From: a virus
Taxonomy: Duplodnaviria; Caudoviricetes
Length of the DNA: 64,000 nt
Virus record (IMG/VR): IMGVR_UViG_3300037501_000111
Location: 276,342 to 340,341 of that record
Direction: 5' to 3' (one strand)
Shown piece after piece: positions 9,729 to 20,575 of the stretch (position 1 is the stretch's first letter; the number at the start of each line of letters is the position of its first letter). The notes below the pieces were generated by a model that was given only the letters and a program-made list of their open reading frames with translations, was not told where the DNA came from and searched no databases. The position numbers were made by a program, and so were the translations under genes.

Positions 9729-10109
9729 TTACCAATAATGGAGATCGTCTTCATACTCTAATACATCATTATATCTTTGTCCTTTGGGTTGGTTCACAAC
9801 CCTTAGTTCAAGATTGATAAGTCTGTTATCAGACTTATCACCATTGATATGATGTATGTTTTCGGAGGGTAGAAGTTTTCTCCCTAAATGTTGCTCCATT
9901 ACATAACGGTGTTCATAATACTGTTGTCCGTTTACATAAATACGTCTATATCCACTAGACATTTTGTAGCCGGATCCTTTGGGGCCAATAGTTTTGGTTT
10001 CAATATTTATGACAGTTGTACCATCATCTAGCATTCTGTCATAATGTGATTGGCAATAACCTTTAGCGTGGTGAGGTCTTTCACAATTTTCTACTTTACA
10101 AAGGCGCAT
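9729..10109 (-). CDS. HNH homing endonuclease
   Basis: YEHRYVME..IHHINGDKSDNRLINLEL; N-terminal CKVENC..GYCQSHY. Confidence 0.92.
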   Translation of the reverse strand: MRLCKVENCERPHHAKGYCQSHYDRMLDDGTTVINIETKTIGPKGSGYKMSSGYRRIYVNGQQYYEHRYVMEQHLGRKLLPSENIHHINGDKSDNRLINLELRVVNQPKGQRYNDVLEYEDDLHYW

Positions 10110-10217
10110 TATCTTCTCCTGTTAGTAATATAACAGGGCCAATCGTTAGCTAGCGGGCAGAAGTTTCTTCTTCCGGGATAGTGTACGATATGTCTCGTCA
10201 AAAAAGGAATACACAAC

Positions 10218-10637
10218 ATGAGCACTTCTCTCGATATCACGGTCACGCTCGTCCAGACGGACGGCCGAATCGACCTTGACCAGTCCACGGCGGCCTTCCG
10301 TTCGGCGGCTCTCAAGCGCCAGGCGGAGCTGGAGACCGAGAAGACCGAGATCGCTGCGGCGGTTTCGGCCATCTTCGACCAGCACTACGGCAAGTCCATC
10401 CCGATGCCGACCCTCGGCTCGATGGTGGCGCAGGCCCTCAACGCTCAGCCGGAGAACTTCGCTGTTCTCAGCGAGCGTGCCCTCAACTACGTTCGTGAGA
10501 ACAGCCAGGGCGAGGTTAAGGATGGTGTCGAGGAGCGTCCCAATTCGCTCTTCGTCATCAGCAAGGGTAAGGGCGGCGGCTGCGGTCGTCGTGCGGACCT
10601 TCCGGTCAAGCCGGCCAAGGGCAGCAAGACGGTCTGA
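10218..10637 (+). CDS. Paralog family A protein (putative winged-helix DNA-binding)
   Basis: DGRIDLDQS..IPMP..FAVLSERALNY..KGKGGG. Confidence 0.8.
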   Translation: MSTSLDITVTLVQTDGRIDLDQSTAAFRSAALKRQAELETEKTEIAAAVSAIFDQHYGKSIPMPTLGSMVAQALNAQPENFAVLSERALNYVRENSQGEVKDGVEERPNSLFVISKGKGGGCGRRADLPVKPAKGSKTV

Positions 10638-10656
10638 GCGTCTCGGAACATGAGCG

Positions 10657-10684
10657 AGGGGCTAGCAATCCTAGCCCCTTTCTC
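10657..10684 (+). terminator. Intrinsic terminator-like hairpin
   Basis: AGGGGCTAG-caatc-CTAGCCCCT followed by TT, 20 nt after the stop. Confidence 0.65.
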
Positions 10685-10771
10685 GTAAGCTGTTAGTGCG
10701 ATAGCTATTCAATCTAACCGCTTCAAAGGTCGTCAAATTCTGAACGAAACAATCAAGACCAAAGAGACAAC

Positions 10772-11113
10772 ATGAGCCAGCACAACAAGAAGCAGTTTCA
10801 CAAGCAGGAGCGCAAGGTGACTCAGGAGTTCAAGAGAGAGCAGATCGAGCAGATCGAGCTGGGCGAGGAGGACAAGTGGCACCCGACTCCCGAGAAATTC
10901 GCTGCTTATCAGCTTCGTGATGTTGCTCAGTGTGAGAGTAACCTTCGGCTCATTCTGGCCGGCCGTTCTGGCCTGACACTCAAGGAGCTGAAGGATTCAA
11001 CGCTCCACACGGCCCAGACGGTCGAGTCTCAGGTGAGTACTTGGCTGAAGTCTGGCTACCTGGTGGAGAGCAAGGGGCGTCTCAGCTTCAACCCATCTTA
11101 CCAGGGTCGCTGA
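10772..11113 (+). CDS. Hypothetical protein, possible C-terminal HTH
   Basis: GLTLKEL..VSTWLKSGYLVESKGR is winged-helix-like; GC3-rich. Confidence 0.7.
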   Translation: MSQHNKKQFHKQERKVTQEFKREQIEQIELGEEDKWHPTPEKFAAYQLRDVAQCESNLRLILAGRSGLTLKELKDSTLHTAQTVESQVSTWLKSGYLVESKGRLSFNPSYQGR

Positions 11114-11386
11114 ATGTTTCCTTCTCCGAAGGAACTGGATGTCCAGTCCAAAATTCAATTGGATGGCTGGGTTGATCTGGATTCGGAGAGATGGCGTGAG
11201 ACTGATAATGATCCATCCTTGACCAAGAAGTGGTTGAGAATGCTGATGCAGGAGCCCGCCTATCTCTTTACGGATGCAGATGGCCGAGTATGGGGCAAGG
11301 GGGAAGACGGACATTACTATCCTTACCATTATGAATATGGTAAGAAGAAGTACGGAATTCGTCTTCCAAAGAAAGCGGCGAACTAA
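11114..11386 (+). CDS. Hypothetical protein
   Basis: Abuts the upstream stop. Confidence 0.65.
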   Translation: MFPSPKELDVQSKIQLDGWVDLDSERWRETDNDPSLTKKWLRMLMQEPAYLFTDADGRVWGKGEDGHYYPYHYEYGKKKYGIRLPKKAAN

Positions 11387-11390
11387 CCGG

Positions 11391-11403
11391 CTTTCATTCA
11401 CGG
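11391..11403 (+). promoter_or_regulatory. Dispersed motif copy 8, variant (CTTTCATTCACGG)
   Basis: 4 nt after the stop at 11386; 11/13 match. Confidence 0.65.
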
Positions 11404-11739
11404 GACAACGAGAAACGCAACCGACTTCGAGAATCTAGTACTGACAGAGCTAAGCCGCGCTTGGCATTCTAATGTCGTCAAGTTCTCTTGGAAAGGCAGC
11501 GGTATCATTGCTCCTAACTTCCGTATTACGGATGCTGAGGGGTATTACGGACAGTGGACAACTGCTACCCGTGAGATGAGCTTCTCTCGTTGTCTCGTGA
11601 AGGACCATCCTTGGAATGAAGTGCTGTAAGTTCTCAAGCATGAGATGGCTCACCAGTACGAGTCAAAACGACAGCTAGGTTTCGTAAAGAAAAAGAAATT
11701 GCCAAGCTCATCGAGTCTTTGGATTTCCCGGAATAATAC

Positions 11740-12255
11740 ATGATCATCTACGGATTCTGGTTCTACGAAGAGTTGGCCGAAAAGGTTGGTGTGGGGCCGG
11801 GTAAGCATCGTGGTGATAAGGTTGATTCCTATATCGAACTTCAAGATGTTCGCGGTAATATCTTTGATGTCAAGGTATCGAGCCTACGCTTGGAGTTGTT
11901 CCGACAGAATCCAAAGTGTGTCAGTTGTCATCGTATCGGACATCTTTGGATTCTGGAAGCCCATCATCGAAAAGAGCCTCCCCACTTGAATCTTTACTAC
12001 TCTGGTGAGGACGAGTGCGGGGATTGGAAGAATCTGTGCAAAGATGGTTTGGTCCTAATGACTAAGGACCATATTATTCCTCGCTCCAAGGGAGGCCCCA
12101 CTAACTTGGAAAATCTTCAAACTATGTGCTCCATCTGTAATGGAATGAAGGGAGATAAGCTTCATCATCAGATGGTCAAACATAAGAAAACATCAGACCC
12201 ACTTATTGGGACTGGCTTGATGCAAAATCTTCAAGGGAAGATTCAATTCCTGTAA
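11740..12255 (+). CDS. HNH endonuclease
   Basis: CVSC...TKDHIIPRSKGG..NLQTMCSICN. Confidence 0.9.
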   Translation: MIIYGFWFYEELAEKVGVGPGKHRGDKVDSYIELQDVRGNIFDVKVSSLRLELFRQNPKCVSCHRIGHLWILEAHHRKEPPHLNLYYSGEDECGDWKNLCKDGLVLMTKDHIIPRSKGGPTNLENLQTMCSICNGMKGDKLHHQMVKHKKTSDPLIGTGLMQNLQGKIQFL

Positions 12256-12264
12256 GGTGATGTT

Positions 12265-12732
12265 ATGGAAGTTTGGACTATCGAATGGTCATGCCCCAGT
12301 GATGGTGATGGTGACGTTACCATCTGGGCTACTGAGGAAGACGCTTTGAAGGCGGCTTGCCGAGAAATTGGCAACCATATTCAGAGCACGTTTGACTTCG
12401 ACCTGGTAAGCGATGCTTCTTGTGCAGAAGACTTCAACGATCTGGTTCGAAATGGCCAGCTCCGAGATGCCATTCGACGGTACAATGATCATCAAGATGA
12501 TTATAATCAAGACTATGCGAACTACTGGTTCGTGCAGAAGAAGCCTGTTTTGACTGGTGACGGCAAGACTTCGGTTTCTTCGTCTGCTAACCTGAGTTTC
12601 TCCAGTAATGGAGCTACTTGCAGGGGGCCTTGCAAGCAGCACAACGAATATGCCAATGCCGATAAGGCAGATGGTACTTACGTGTGCCGTCAGTGCAAGA
12701 CGTTCCAGCACATCTTCAGCGGTTCGCCATGA
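12265..12732 (+). CDS. Protein with C-terminal Zn ribbon (family C)
   Basis: CRGPC..ADKADGTYVCRQC, similar to 38764. Confidence 0.75.
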   Translation: MEVWTIEWSCPSDGDGDVTIWATEEDALKAACREIGNHIQSTFDFDLVSDASCAEDFNDLVRNGQLRDAIRRYNDHQDDYNQDYANYWFVQKKPVLTGDGKTSVSSSANLSFSSNGATCRGPCKQHNEYANADKADGTYVCRQCKTFQHIFSGSP

Positions 12733-13520
12733 AGACAGATGAAGAGTTGACTCAACTCACCATCAAGATCATTGAGGCTGGTGGGCGCATTCTGCTTCGC
12801 AAAAAATCAGAAGGCGCAGATTGGATTCCTAAGTATTGGTATCTACATGCTTGGACCAACATCCCTGCTGGACCCGATCATGCTGTATGGGGACAGAAAC
12901 AAAACGCAATCGAATTCTTCAATCTCAAGTGGGCAATTACGATTGCTCCTCTGTATGGTTGCAGCGTAGTTGTTGCATATCCTGAGAAAGAAACAGAAGT
13001 ATGAGTGAAGAATACAACACAGTCACATGCAACAATTGTGGAATTGAATTCAAATTCCATAAGAAGATTGAAGACTTGTGGCGAGATACTGAGAAAACTT
13101 TCTACTGTCCTAATGGACACGGGTTGGTTTGGAAGAAGCCCAAAGAGTCTAGTGAGCAGAAAGAACTGAAAAAACTCAGGGCAGAAATTGATGAGCTGAA
13201 AAAATAAACTGGCTGCGGCTGAGAAAGAAGCCGCTGACCAAAAGAAAAAGGCTGAGGATCTAGCTCTTGAGCTAAAAATCTGGCGACCAACAACTGACGA
13301 AAAGAAAGCTGGATAATATGGCTACCAAATTTGTGCTGGAAATCGAGATGGGCAATGATGCCATGAAGCTTCCTGCTCATGTAGCAGAGGCGGTGGTGGC
13401 TGCTGCTAAGCAGATTCCCCATGTTATTGCTCTGAAGGGATCTTCAATCAAGATCAAGGATGCCAATGGTAATACTGTTGGCACCTGGGGATACAAGTAA
13501 TTCCGCTGATGCTGTAATTT

Positions 13521-13533
13521 CTCCCATTCACGG
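13521..13533 (+). promoter_or_regulatory. Dispersed motif copy 9
   Basis: Exact copy between the stop at 13500 and ATG 13552. Confidence 0.8.
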
Positions 13534-13551
13534 CATCCGAGCCGCCCTACC

Positions 13552-13967
13552 ATGAAAAAAAACTCTCTGGCCCATTGAATGTAAAGTTTATCAATAAGAC
13601 TTTCTTTCCAGAGTACAAAGATGTTTCAGTAATCAATCAGGGTGAATGCTTCCTATGGGCTTATCTGGCCTATCGCCTCTATAAGAATGTAGAACTTTGA
13701 GACATGGGTGCACATGCGTTCGTGCGTGACAAGGTAACTGGTAAATTCTACGATTCCGAGAGGCCCAATGGCGAGGAAGACTGGAAGGATTTGCCGGCTA
13801 CTAACTGGGGTAAAGGTTGCGGCTGTTCCTGCTGTCTGGAACCTGCACGTAAGTTCAGTGTTGCTCGGAAGTTTCGATATGCCTGGAGGGGGATGGCTAA
13901 GCGCCACCATGTACGGTGGAAGAAACTCCACCTACAAATCAAACAGGTAATTGAGAAAAATACATGA
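13552..13967 (+). pseudogene. Hypothetical gene with A-run frameshift and in-frame TGA
   Basis: Reads ..GECFLWAYLAYRLYKNVEL*DMGAHAFVRD..; TGA at 13698. Confidence 0.55.
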
Positions 13968-14132
13968 GAGCACCTTGGGAAACAATCTCTACTGGATTGG
14001 ACCAACTATGGTTCACTCCATTTTCCGATTGCGAAACTCCACAAGATAGAGCAGATGCAATCGAAAACTTCCTCAAGTTCAATGGTTGGAATTGGGATGA
14101 AGTTCTGAATGAAATAGCAAAGGAAACTATCA

Positions 14133-14684
14133 ATGGACCAGAACCAGTTCGTCACTGAGCTTTCCAAGCTCCGTCCTTCTTCGACTTTTTTGACGGTGAA
14201 GGGATACCGTAACGAAGCCAGCGAGATCGCTGACTACAGCATCGTCTTCCACATGAGTTACGAAAATGCTCTCAAGAAGAGCATCGAGACTCTTGCAGCA
14301 CTCGACCTTCAAACTGACCTGGAGAAGCAGGCACGAGCAGAACTGATCGATAGCTTCAATAAGTCTCTGGCTAAGGGAGCCAGTGACGCAGCTCTGGAAG
14401 AGCGTGACCCGGTCTACTCCTACTTTAAGGACGAGAGTGGAAACTATGTCAAGGGCGTCAAGTACCATGAGGCAACTGGCACTCTTCACCTGTACGGTTT
14501 GGTCGTTCACAAGCGTACGCTTCTACCTGGTATCTATGCCAGCAAAAACAAGAAGCCGCTGACTATTGCCAAGGACAAGCTGCGGCATCTGACTCCGGTT
14601 GGTAAGTTTCGCCAGTTCAAGATCACTCCCGAACAGGTTGACAGCATCACCGTCCAAAACGTTTCTTTGCTTCCCCCGGAGTGA
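14133..14684 (+). CDS. Conserved phage hypothetical protein
   Basis: 183 aa; AAGGA RBS. Confidence 0.8.
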   Translation: MDQNQFVTELSKLRPSSTFLTVKGYRNEASEIADYSIVFHMSYENALKKSIETLAALDLQTDLEKQARAELIDSFNKSLAKGASDAALEERDPVYSYFKDESGNYVKGVKYHEATGTLHLYGLVVHKRTLLPGIYASKNKKPLTIAKDKLRHLTPVGKFRQFKITPEQVDSITVQNVSLLPPE

Positions 14685-14687
14685 TTC

Positions 14688-15035
14688 ATGCTGAATCTTT
14701 TGCGAATTGCGGCAGAGGTTGCCGATCCTACTGTTGATAATTGTAGGAAAGCTTTTGTTGGTGCAGTTTCCATTCGCAGAGATGGTACGTTGGTTTATAG
14801 CCGGAATGGTGGAAATCCTTATGCTCATGGTAGGACGCCATCCTCTCACGCAGAGGCTCGCGTTCTGAGAAAGAGTGGTTATGGTGCCACGCTATATGTT
14901 GCTCGGGTTCTCCGCAATAGAGAAATAGCATTGGCAAAACCCTGTGGTTATTGTCAGGCCAGACTGCGGGCTCATAGGGTGGAAATGGTTTACTACACCA
15001 CCGGACCTGAGACCTGGGAAGGTTTTAGGCCATAA
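14688..15035 (+). CDS. Zn-dependent cytidine/dCMP deaminase-fold protein
   Basis: HAE and PCxxC (SSHAEARV..AKPCGYCQ). Confidence 0.85.
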   Translation: MLNLLRIAAEVADPTVDNCRKAFVGAVSIRRDGTLVYSRNGGNPYAHGRTPSSHAEARVLRKSGYGATLYVARVLRNREIALAKPCGYCQARLRAHRVEMVYYTTGPETWEGFRP

Positions 15036-15490
15036 AAAAGTATGGGTTCTCCAAGACTACTTCAATCGTAAAGCTAGAGCAGAAACAGACTTGTATGAAT
15101 TGGCTGCCAAAGCTATGAATACCTTTGTAGAAGGTAACATAGAAAGGTATAGAGGACGATGAGTAAGCAAGTGAGATTGTACCATCAGAACACTGACCTA
15201 AAGTACCACATAAACGAGCTAGAAGGAAAATTGGCTGATGCCCGACGATAAAAAGACGAATGCCAAGGCAAACGATAAACTACGAGTGCCATACGAAATT
15301 ATGGCGGTCGAGGTTGACAAGTTATACCCGCCGTATTACGTTCTCAAACCGGGTGAAACCATCGAGCAACACTTGATGGATATTGAAACATTCATCGAAT
15401 CATGTGGGTGGACGACAGAAGAATATCTGTCAGAATATATTCACAGGTTCGTTGAAGAGCTTTTTCCAAATCCAAAGAACATGAACTAAC

Positions 15491-15823
15491 ATGAGGTACA
15501 CCATCGAACAAATCATGGACTTCGTACTCAAAGGTGCTGAGACTTCTCGTGAGGATGCTAGCTATGGTGAACGCTGGGATGATGGTGGGGCTTCTCGCTT
15601 GGAGGATCAGGTTAGATTCTATAAGATGGGTATGAAGAACGAAATTCCTAAGGATTGGGAAAAGTTCATACCCGCTCCAACTCCAGAACAGGTTCGTAGT
15701 GAAAATCACCCATTGCAATTTGAATATTGTGAATGTGGTTGTCATTGCCATTCTGGCATCTCTAAAGGGATTGAATATTCCATCTACGACGATTTGAAAT
15801 CGAAGCTCCCATTCACGGTTTGA
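15491..15823 (+). CDS. Hypothetical protein
   Basis: Its 3' end overlaps motif copy 10. Confidence 0.6.
   Translation: MRYTIEQIMDFVLKGAETSREDASYGERWDDGGASRLEDQVRFYKMGMKNEIPKDWEKFIPAPTPEQVRSENHPLQFEYCECGCHCHSGISKGIEYSIYDDLKSKLPFTV
15806..15818 (+). promoter_or_regulatory. Dispersed motif copy 10
   Basis: Exact copy at the gene end, upstream of gene 15950. Confidence 0.75.
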
Positions 15824-15949
15824 ACGGCGTCCAAGTCGGACCCAAGTATGCAACCTTTTTGGAAGCACAAGTTGCTGCCCAAAATGACTGGGATAAAATC
15901 CCCTAACCCTGAATCGCAATCGAGCGAGTGCAAAGGAACAGGAAACAAC

Positions 15950-16417
15950 ATGGCTGACGAGAAGAAGAGCAAGAAGCAGAAGAATAACCCCGCACCCGAG
16001 CAGGAGCAGACGCCCGCTCCGGTTGCCAAGGCAGAGTCTCAGGAGTCTGCACGAGGTGATCGTGGTGAGGTGGGTATGGCAACGGCTGGGCTGAAGATTC
16101 GTCAGCTCTGGCATTCGGCGCACTTCACTCGCAAGGACATCGGGGACAAGCACAATCCCCGCAAGAGCATCTACGTGCCCAACCCTGGTGGGGCTCCGTC
16201 CCTCAAGCGGTTCGCTCGTGAGTTGCTGAAGGCCGGTGATGCCGTTGCCAAGGAGTGGTTTGCCAACAAGCGTGGCGCCAAGAACCAGAAGCGTACGGAG
16301 AAGAACCAGGCACGTGTCAACCTGGAGAAGCAGTCCAGCAAGGCGGCTCGTCGTAAGTCCAGCCAGGGCAAGCAGGGTAAGGCTGCGTCTTCCGCTGCTG
16401 ACACTGCAAAGAAGTAA
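15950..16417 (+). CDS. Highly basic Lys/Ala-rich protein (possible nucleic-acid binding)
   Basis: AGGA RBS; GC3-rich; K/R-rich C-terminus. Confidence 0.75.
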   Translation: MADEKKSKKQKNNPAPEQEQTPAPVAKAESQESARGDRGEVGMATAGLKIRQLWHSAHFTRKDIGDKHNPRKSIYVPNPGGAPSLKRFARELLKAGDAVAKEWFANKRGAKNQKRTEKNQARVNLEKQSSKAARRKSSQGKQGKAASSAADTAKK

Positions 16418-16774
16418 GCTGCAATGAAAATCATTGCTGGACTCATCCGGGAGTTTCCTTTTTGGAAGCTTCCTAATCATCACCGGGATTGTCGGTGGCA
16501 TTGTTTCTGTTGCCAAGGCATATGTCAATCGCAATCGTCCCATCGTGGATTGTAATTGTGATTGTTGTGCCGATGAAGAGGATGATGAGGATGATGAAGA
16601 CTAAGAGCGAAAGCTCGAAACAGATCTCATATGCCTGGCGGTATGAGGCCGGACATGAACAGCCGGGTGCTACTTGGATCTTTTTCTCCACAATGTTATT
16701 TTGGTAATAATCGTGCTGATAAGTGTTTAACCAAATATAACACATTGTAAACGTGTTATACATGAAAGGCAACA

Positions 16775-17077
16775 ATGTCTAATCTCAACTATGGTCCGAT
16801 TTTTATGCCGGGAGACGCCGTGTATTATGCTGGTGAAAAGCACAAGCAGGAACTTTCCAACAAGGAAGGTAAGCCCTACAAGGGCTGGATCCATGCCGCC
16901 GTTAATGGTCAGCCTGGTACCTTTGTGGTCTGGTTTCCTGACACGAAGGAGCAGGACTCGTACGTCCTCCATGCTAGTCTTTTGACGAAGGCGCGGCCTC
17001 CCAAGACGGAGAGCAAGGAGTGTTCTGGCCCGGTGGTGGAGCACATGCCAATCCGCCGCAAGGCTTCCGAGGATTGA
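16775..17077 (+). CDS. Hypothetical protein (SH3/KOW-like)
   Basis: FMPGDAVYY..KGWI..FVVWF. Confidence 0.65.
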   Translation: MSNLNYGPIFMPGDAVYYAGEKHKQELSNKEGKPYKGWIHAAVNGQPGTFVVWFPDTKEQDSYVLHASLLTKARPPKTESKECSGPVVEHMPIRRKASED

Positions 17078-17446
17078 GATGATACGGTGGATGACTGCCT
17101 GGGTATGGTGGGCTACTTGGAGGCTGGCTGTTTCACTGGCTTGTCTTTTGACCATCCAAAACGTCATTCACCAAGAAGGTTACCGTGTAGAGTTTTCTAC
17201 TCTTCTGGTAACTGGAGCATGCGCAATCCTGGGAATCAGAATTTGGATGCCTTCTTCTAAAGAGAAAAGTCCACAAAATGAAAATCGATGAACTCTTCAA
17301 GAGTGCATCCAAAGGATGTCAAGTCCCTGGATGCACTCACCAACATGGCGAAGTCGTTCTATCTTCCGCTTGTCATCCGGTCTTGGTCATCAACCACACG
17401 ATAAGTAACTGAAACGCAGCACTGCTGCATAGCAAAGAGAAAAAGA

Positions 17447-17746
17447 ATGTATAAGTGTGAAATCACGGGTAAGTTTAGTCGTCAGGGTCGTCCGGGTCCT
17501 CTGGATAAGGAGGGGTATCCTACCCAGATTCCTGGTGAGAAGCTCAACAAGATCGTGGTGGCGACTCGTGAGCGAATCTATACCAAGCGAGTCAAGAACG
17601 AGGAGACTGGCCTGTGGGAAGATGTCGAGATCGGTCGTGGCTGGGAAATTGTTCGTGAGGTCAATGCCAGTGATGAAGGCGTTGCTCTTTGGAACTCCTG
17701 GACTCCCGAGGAGCGCCAGGCGTTTGTCGAGAACTTGGACCGCTGA
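17447..17746 (+). CDS. Conserved phage hypothetical protein
   Basis: MYKCEITGK..GWEIVREV. Confidence 0.7.
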   Translation: MYKCEITGKFSRQGRPGPLDKEGYPTQIPGEKLNKIVVATRERIYTKRVKNEETGLWEDVEIGRGWEIVREVNASDEGVALWNSWTPEERQAFVENLDR

Positions 17747-17857
17747 GCATGGCACTCACTAAGCTGTACCAAGTAGTCGAGACTACCAAGGACAAGGTCT
17801 TCAAAACCAGGCGCACTCGTATGGCTCTCATGACTTTTCTTTTGGAAAAGAAGGAAG

Positions 17858-17870
17858 CTCCCATTCACGG
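17858..17870 (+). promoter_or_regulatory. Dispersed motif copy 11
   Basis: Exact copy; its 3' end opens a 72-nt stem structure. Confidence 0.75.
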
Positions 17871-17963
17871 GATGCCGGCACTTCCGCTAGCGGAGCCGGT
17901 CTCCGAGCCTATTATGGTAAGGTTCCGGCAGTTCCCGTAGACAGTACCTTTTGGGATATACAA

Positions 17964-18209
17964 GTGTTCCCTCTCAAGACTATGGACCCTCGCGAACAGC
18001 AGCTTCTAAGCGAAATCAAGGAAGCAAACACCGAGCTTCAAAACGCTAGGATGGCCTTTGCCGAAGCTAAACGTAGACTCATTGATGCAGAATCTAATGT
18101 CATCAATGCCAAACTTCATGTAGAAAAACTAACAGAAGAACTACGGGTCATTCGTGTTCGAGAAGTCATTCCTGACGAACGATATGACCTTTACGATGAT
18201 GAGAGTTAG
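17964..18209 (+). CDS. Coiled-coil hypothetical protein
   Basis: Heptad-like composition. Confidence 0.55.
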   Translation: MFPLKTMDPREQQLLSEIKEANTELQNARMAFAEAKRRLIDAESNVINAKLHVEKLTEELRVIRVREVIPDERYDLYDDES

Positions 18210-19041
18210 GATATGAAGAAATCGGATCATATTACAGCCCTCTTCATAGGTAGTATCTTTTATTACTACAAAGAAGATAAGCAACTGTCTCAGTTACTTA
18301 TCAATACCGCATTGTACATTCTGGTAAATTGTCCAGCTAACTTCATAGGAGACGCATAATATGCGTTTCTACTCTAAATGGATTGAATTTCATTCTGTTT
18401 CTTCATTAGTAAATAATGAATCAATTGATTGGACAAATTTTATCCATCGTTGCAAAATCATAATAGAATAAGGTAATACTGTCATATCCTATTATGTTCG
18501 ATGACCTAAAACATAAGTTCTTGTTTAAGTGTGATGACTGTGCAATGATCTTCTCTGTTGAGTTAGAAGAAGACGAATTAGAAAGAGTTAACGAGAACAA
18601 GTTTTTTCTCGAATGTGCTTGCGGTGGTAAGAGCCATGTATTAAGAGATTGAAATGATTAAGAAAGCATCTGAAGTTTTATTCTTCTTAGCAAAGCGTGA
18701 GAGGAATAAGAGGAATCAATACCATTTTATCAAGAGGTGGTACGGTTATAACCAAGGCTCCGCTCAAAGAAGGTACGTGTGTTACATATGTAATACTGTT
18801 ATTGATACCGAAAGTTCAAAGTATCCAATGACTAAGCATGCAGAATGTTCGATAGAAGAACATGGTATAGCTCACAAAATAGTGGATTATTAGCTTTTAT
18901 TTAAGATGCTACCAAGATTGCATCCGAAAAGGATGTGGATATTATTGGTAGCATGTATGAAGATTCGCGAAAGCTAGAATACGCAATGGAAAACGCTGTG
19001 TGGCGCACGTCATCCTGGCATTGTTAAAAGGAAGTAAGAAA

Positions 19042-19341
19042 ATGGAAACCAAAGCGAAGACTGTAACTGAAGTCCTTAAGGCAGCTAAGTGGATACTGGA
19101 GAATGTTGGTTGGTGTCAGTATCGGTATTCAAAAGCCAATAAAAATGGAAAGCTTACCGCCTTCTGTGTAGCTGGAGCTATTGAAAGTGTCAACGCAGAC
19201 TGGGACTTGATTATCAAAGCTGAAACTACCTTGGGCAAGGTAGTTGGTGAAGACTACATTCCTAACTGGAATGATGTAAAGGGAAGAACTTTACCCCAAG
19301 TACTCAAGGCTTTCGATAAGGCAATCAAAGTGAAGCGATGA
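19042..19341 (+). CDS. DUF6197-like phage protein
   Basis: LKAAKWILENVGWCQ..FCVAGAI..WND..GRT..QVLKAFDKAI (family recalled, not searched). Confidence 0.7.
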   Translation: METKAKTVTEVLKAAKWILENVGWCQYRYSKANKNGKLTAFCVAGAIESVNADWDLIIKAETTLGKVVGEDYIPNWNDVKGRTLPQVLKAFDKAIKVKR

Positions 19342-19465
19342 ATCTGGAAGAAGAATTCCAAAAGGTACAAGCTAAGCAAGCGGCTGGTGAACTATCTGAG
19401 GAAGAGGCTGAAGATCTGATTAACATAATTGCTACCCGTAGGCAGTATAATAAGAGGAACAGACC

Positions 19466-20392
19466 ATGATTCTGATTGGTTCACGAGCACTTGCCCTTCG
19501 ACAACCATCAACACTGACACGTAAACCATTGGACTTTGACTGGGTTTGTACTCAGGAAGAGTTTGATCAGTGGATGGAAAAGAACCAGCACAAGGTCAAT
19601 CCTATCAAGGTCTACAAAGAAGAGTGCCGGCAGGGCGTTCACAAGATGATTGTCGAGGGCAGTACCAACTGCGAATTCGAGATCATTGACTCGGAGAAAA
19701 GTTCTGGAATTCTTCAGAAGTTGGTAGAGAATAATCCCGAAAGTTTGGAAACGCCGTTTGGTTGGGTTCCTTCTTTCGATCTTCTCTTTACCATCAAGCA
19801 ATCGCATCGTTACCTACGTAACAGCCCACACTTCTGGAAGACCTTGACTGACTGGCATATCATGCGTCGACTAGGTGCTAAGGTTCGTCCAGAGTATCGA
19901 GACTTTCTCAATGTTCGAGAAGCCGAAACCTACTGGTACAAACACCCTAAGCTGAATGTTTCGAAGGATGACTTCTTTCAAGATAATGGTATCCAATATG
20001 AAGTAGAGCACGACGATATTCATGTATCAGTCAAGCTTTTCGATAAGCCTGCCTACTGCTACTATCTCAAAGATGGAGCACAAGTAGAATGTGATAAAGA
20101 AAAATTCTTTTCTGTATCACAGGACATTAGGTTGGCTGGAGTTGTAGAAGAGGCTGCTGTTCTTGCTATCGAACGTTCCCTTATTCCTCATCCTGGAGTA
20201 TGGACTCCAGAGTACGCTTGGAAGTTTGCCTTAGCAAAAGTGTGCTCATCTATCACTTCTGGCTGGTTCAGGCAATTTGCATATGAAAATGCACCTGCGG
20301 TTCTCAAACTGTATCCTTCCGGGTATTGGGAAAAGTTTCAGCAGGATCGGGCTGAAGGTCGTGTGAGGCCTTTCTCTGGTAAAAGGTACTAG
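19466..20392 (+). CDS. Putative nucleotidyltransferase-like phage protein
   Basis: N-terminal LIGSRAL..DFDW resembles the GS..DxD motif. Confidence 0.55.
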   Translation: MILIGSRALALRQPSTLTRKPLDFDWVCTQEEFDQWMEKNQHKVNPIKVYKEECRQGVHKMIVEGSTNCEFEIIDSEKSSGILQKLVENNPESLETPFGWVPSFDLLFTIKQSHRYLRNSPHFWKTLTDWHIMRRLGAKVRPEYRDFLNVREAETYWYKHPKLNVSKDDFFQDNGIQYEVEHDDIHVSVKLFDKPAYCYYLKDGAQVECDKEKFFSVSQDIRLAGVVEEAAVLAIERSLIPHPGVWTPEYAWKFALAKVCSSITSGWFRQFAYENAPAVLKLYPSGYWEKFQQDRAEGRVRPFSGKRY

Positions 20393-20575
20393 GAAGTGGT
20401 GGATTGGTTTATCATACCAATCAAACTGTTTACTCGTCTTTCTACGATGACAGTTGGCACAGCGCACTTCGCATTTATCTATTTCTTTTTGAATGGTAGA
20501 TATTTCAAGATGCTGAAGGGCTGGAAATCTTCCGTCGTGCAAATGAAGGAGAATCTCGTAAAGAATTAGCAACAG
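20390..20575 (-). pseudogene. HNH endonuclease C-terminal remnant
   Basis: [17 protein letters not shown] with no intact N-terminus. Confidence 0.55.
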
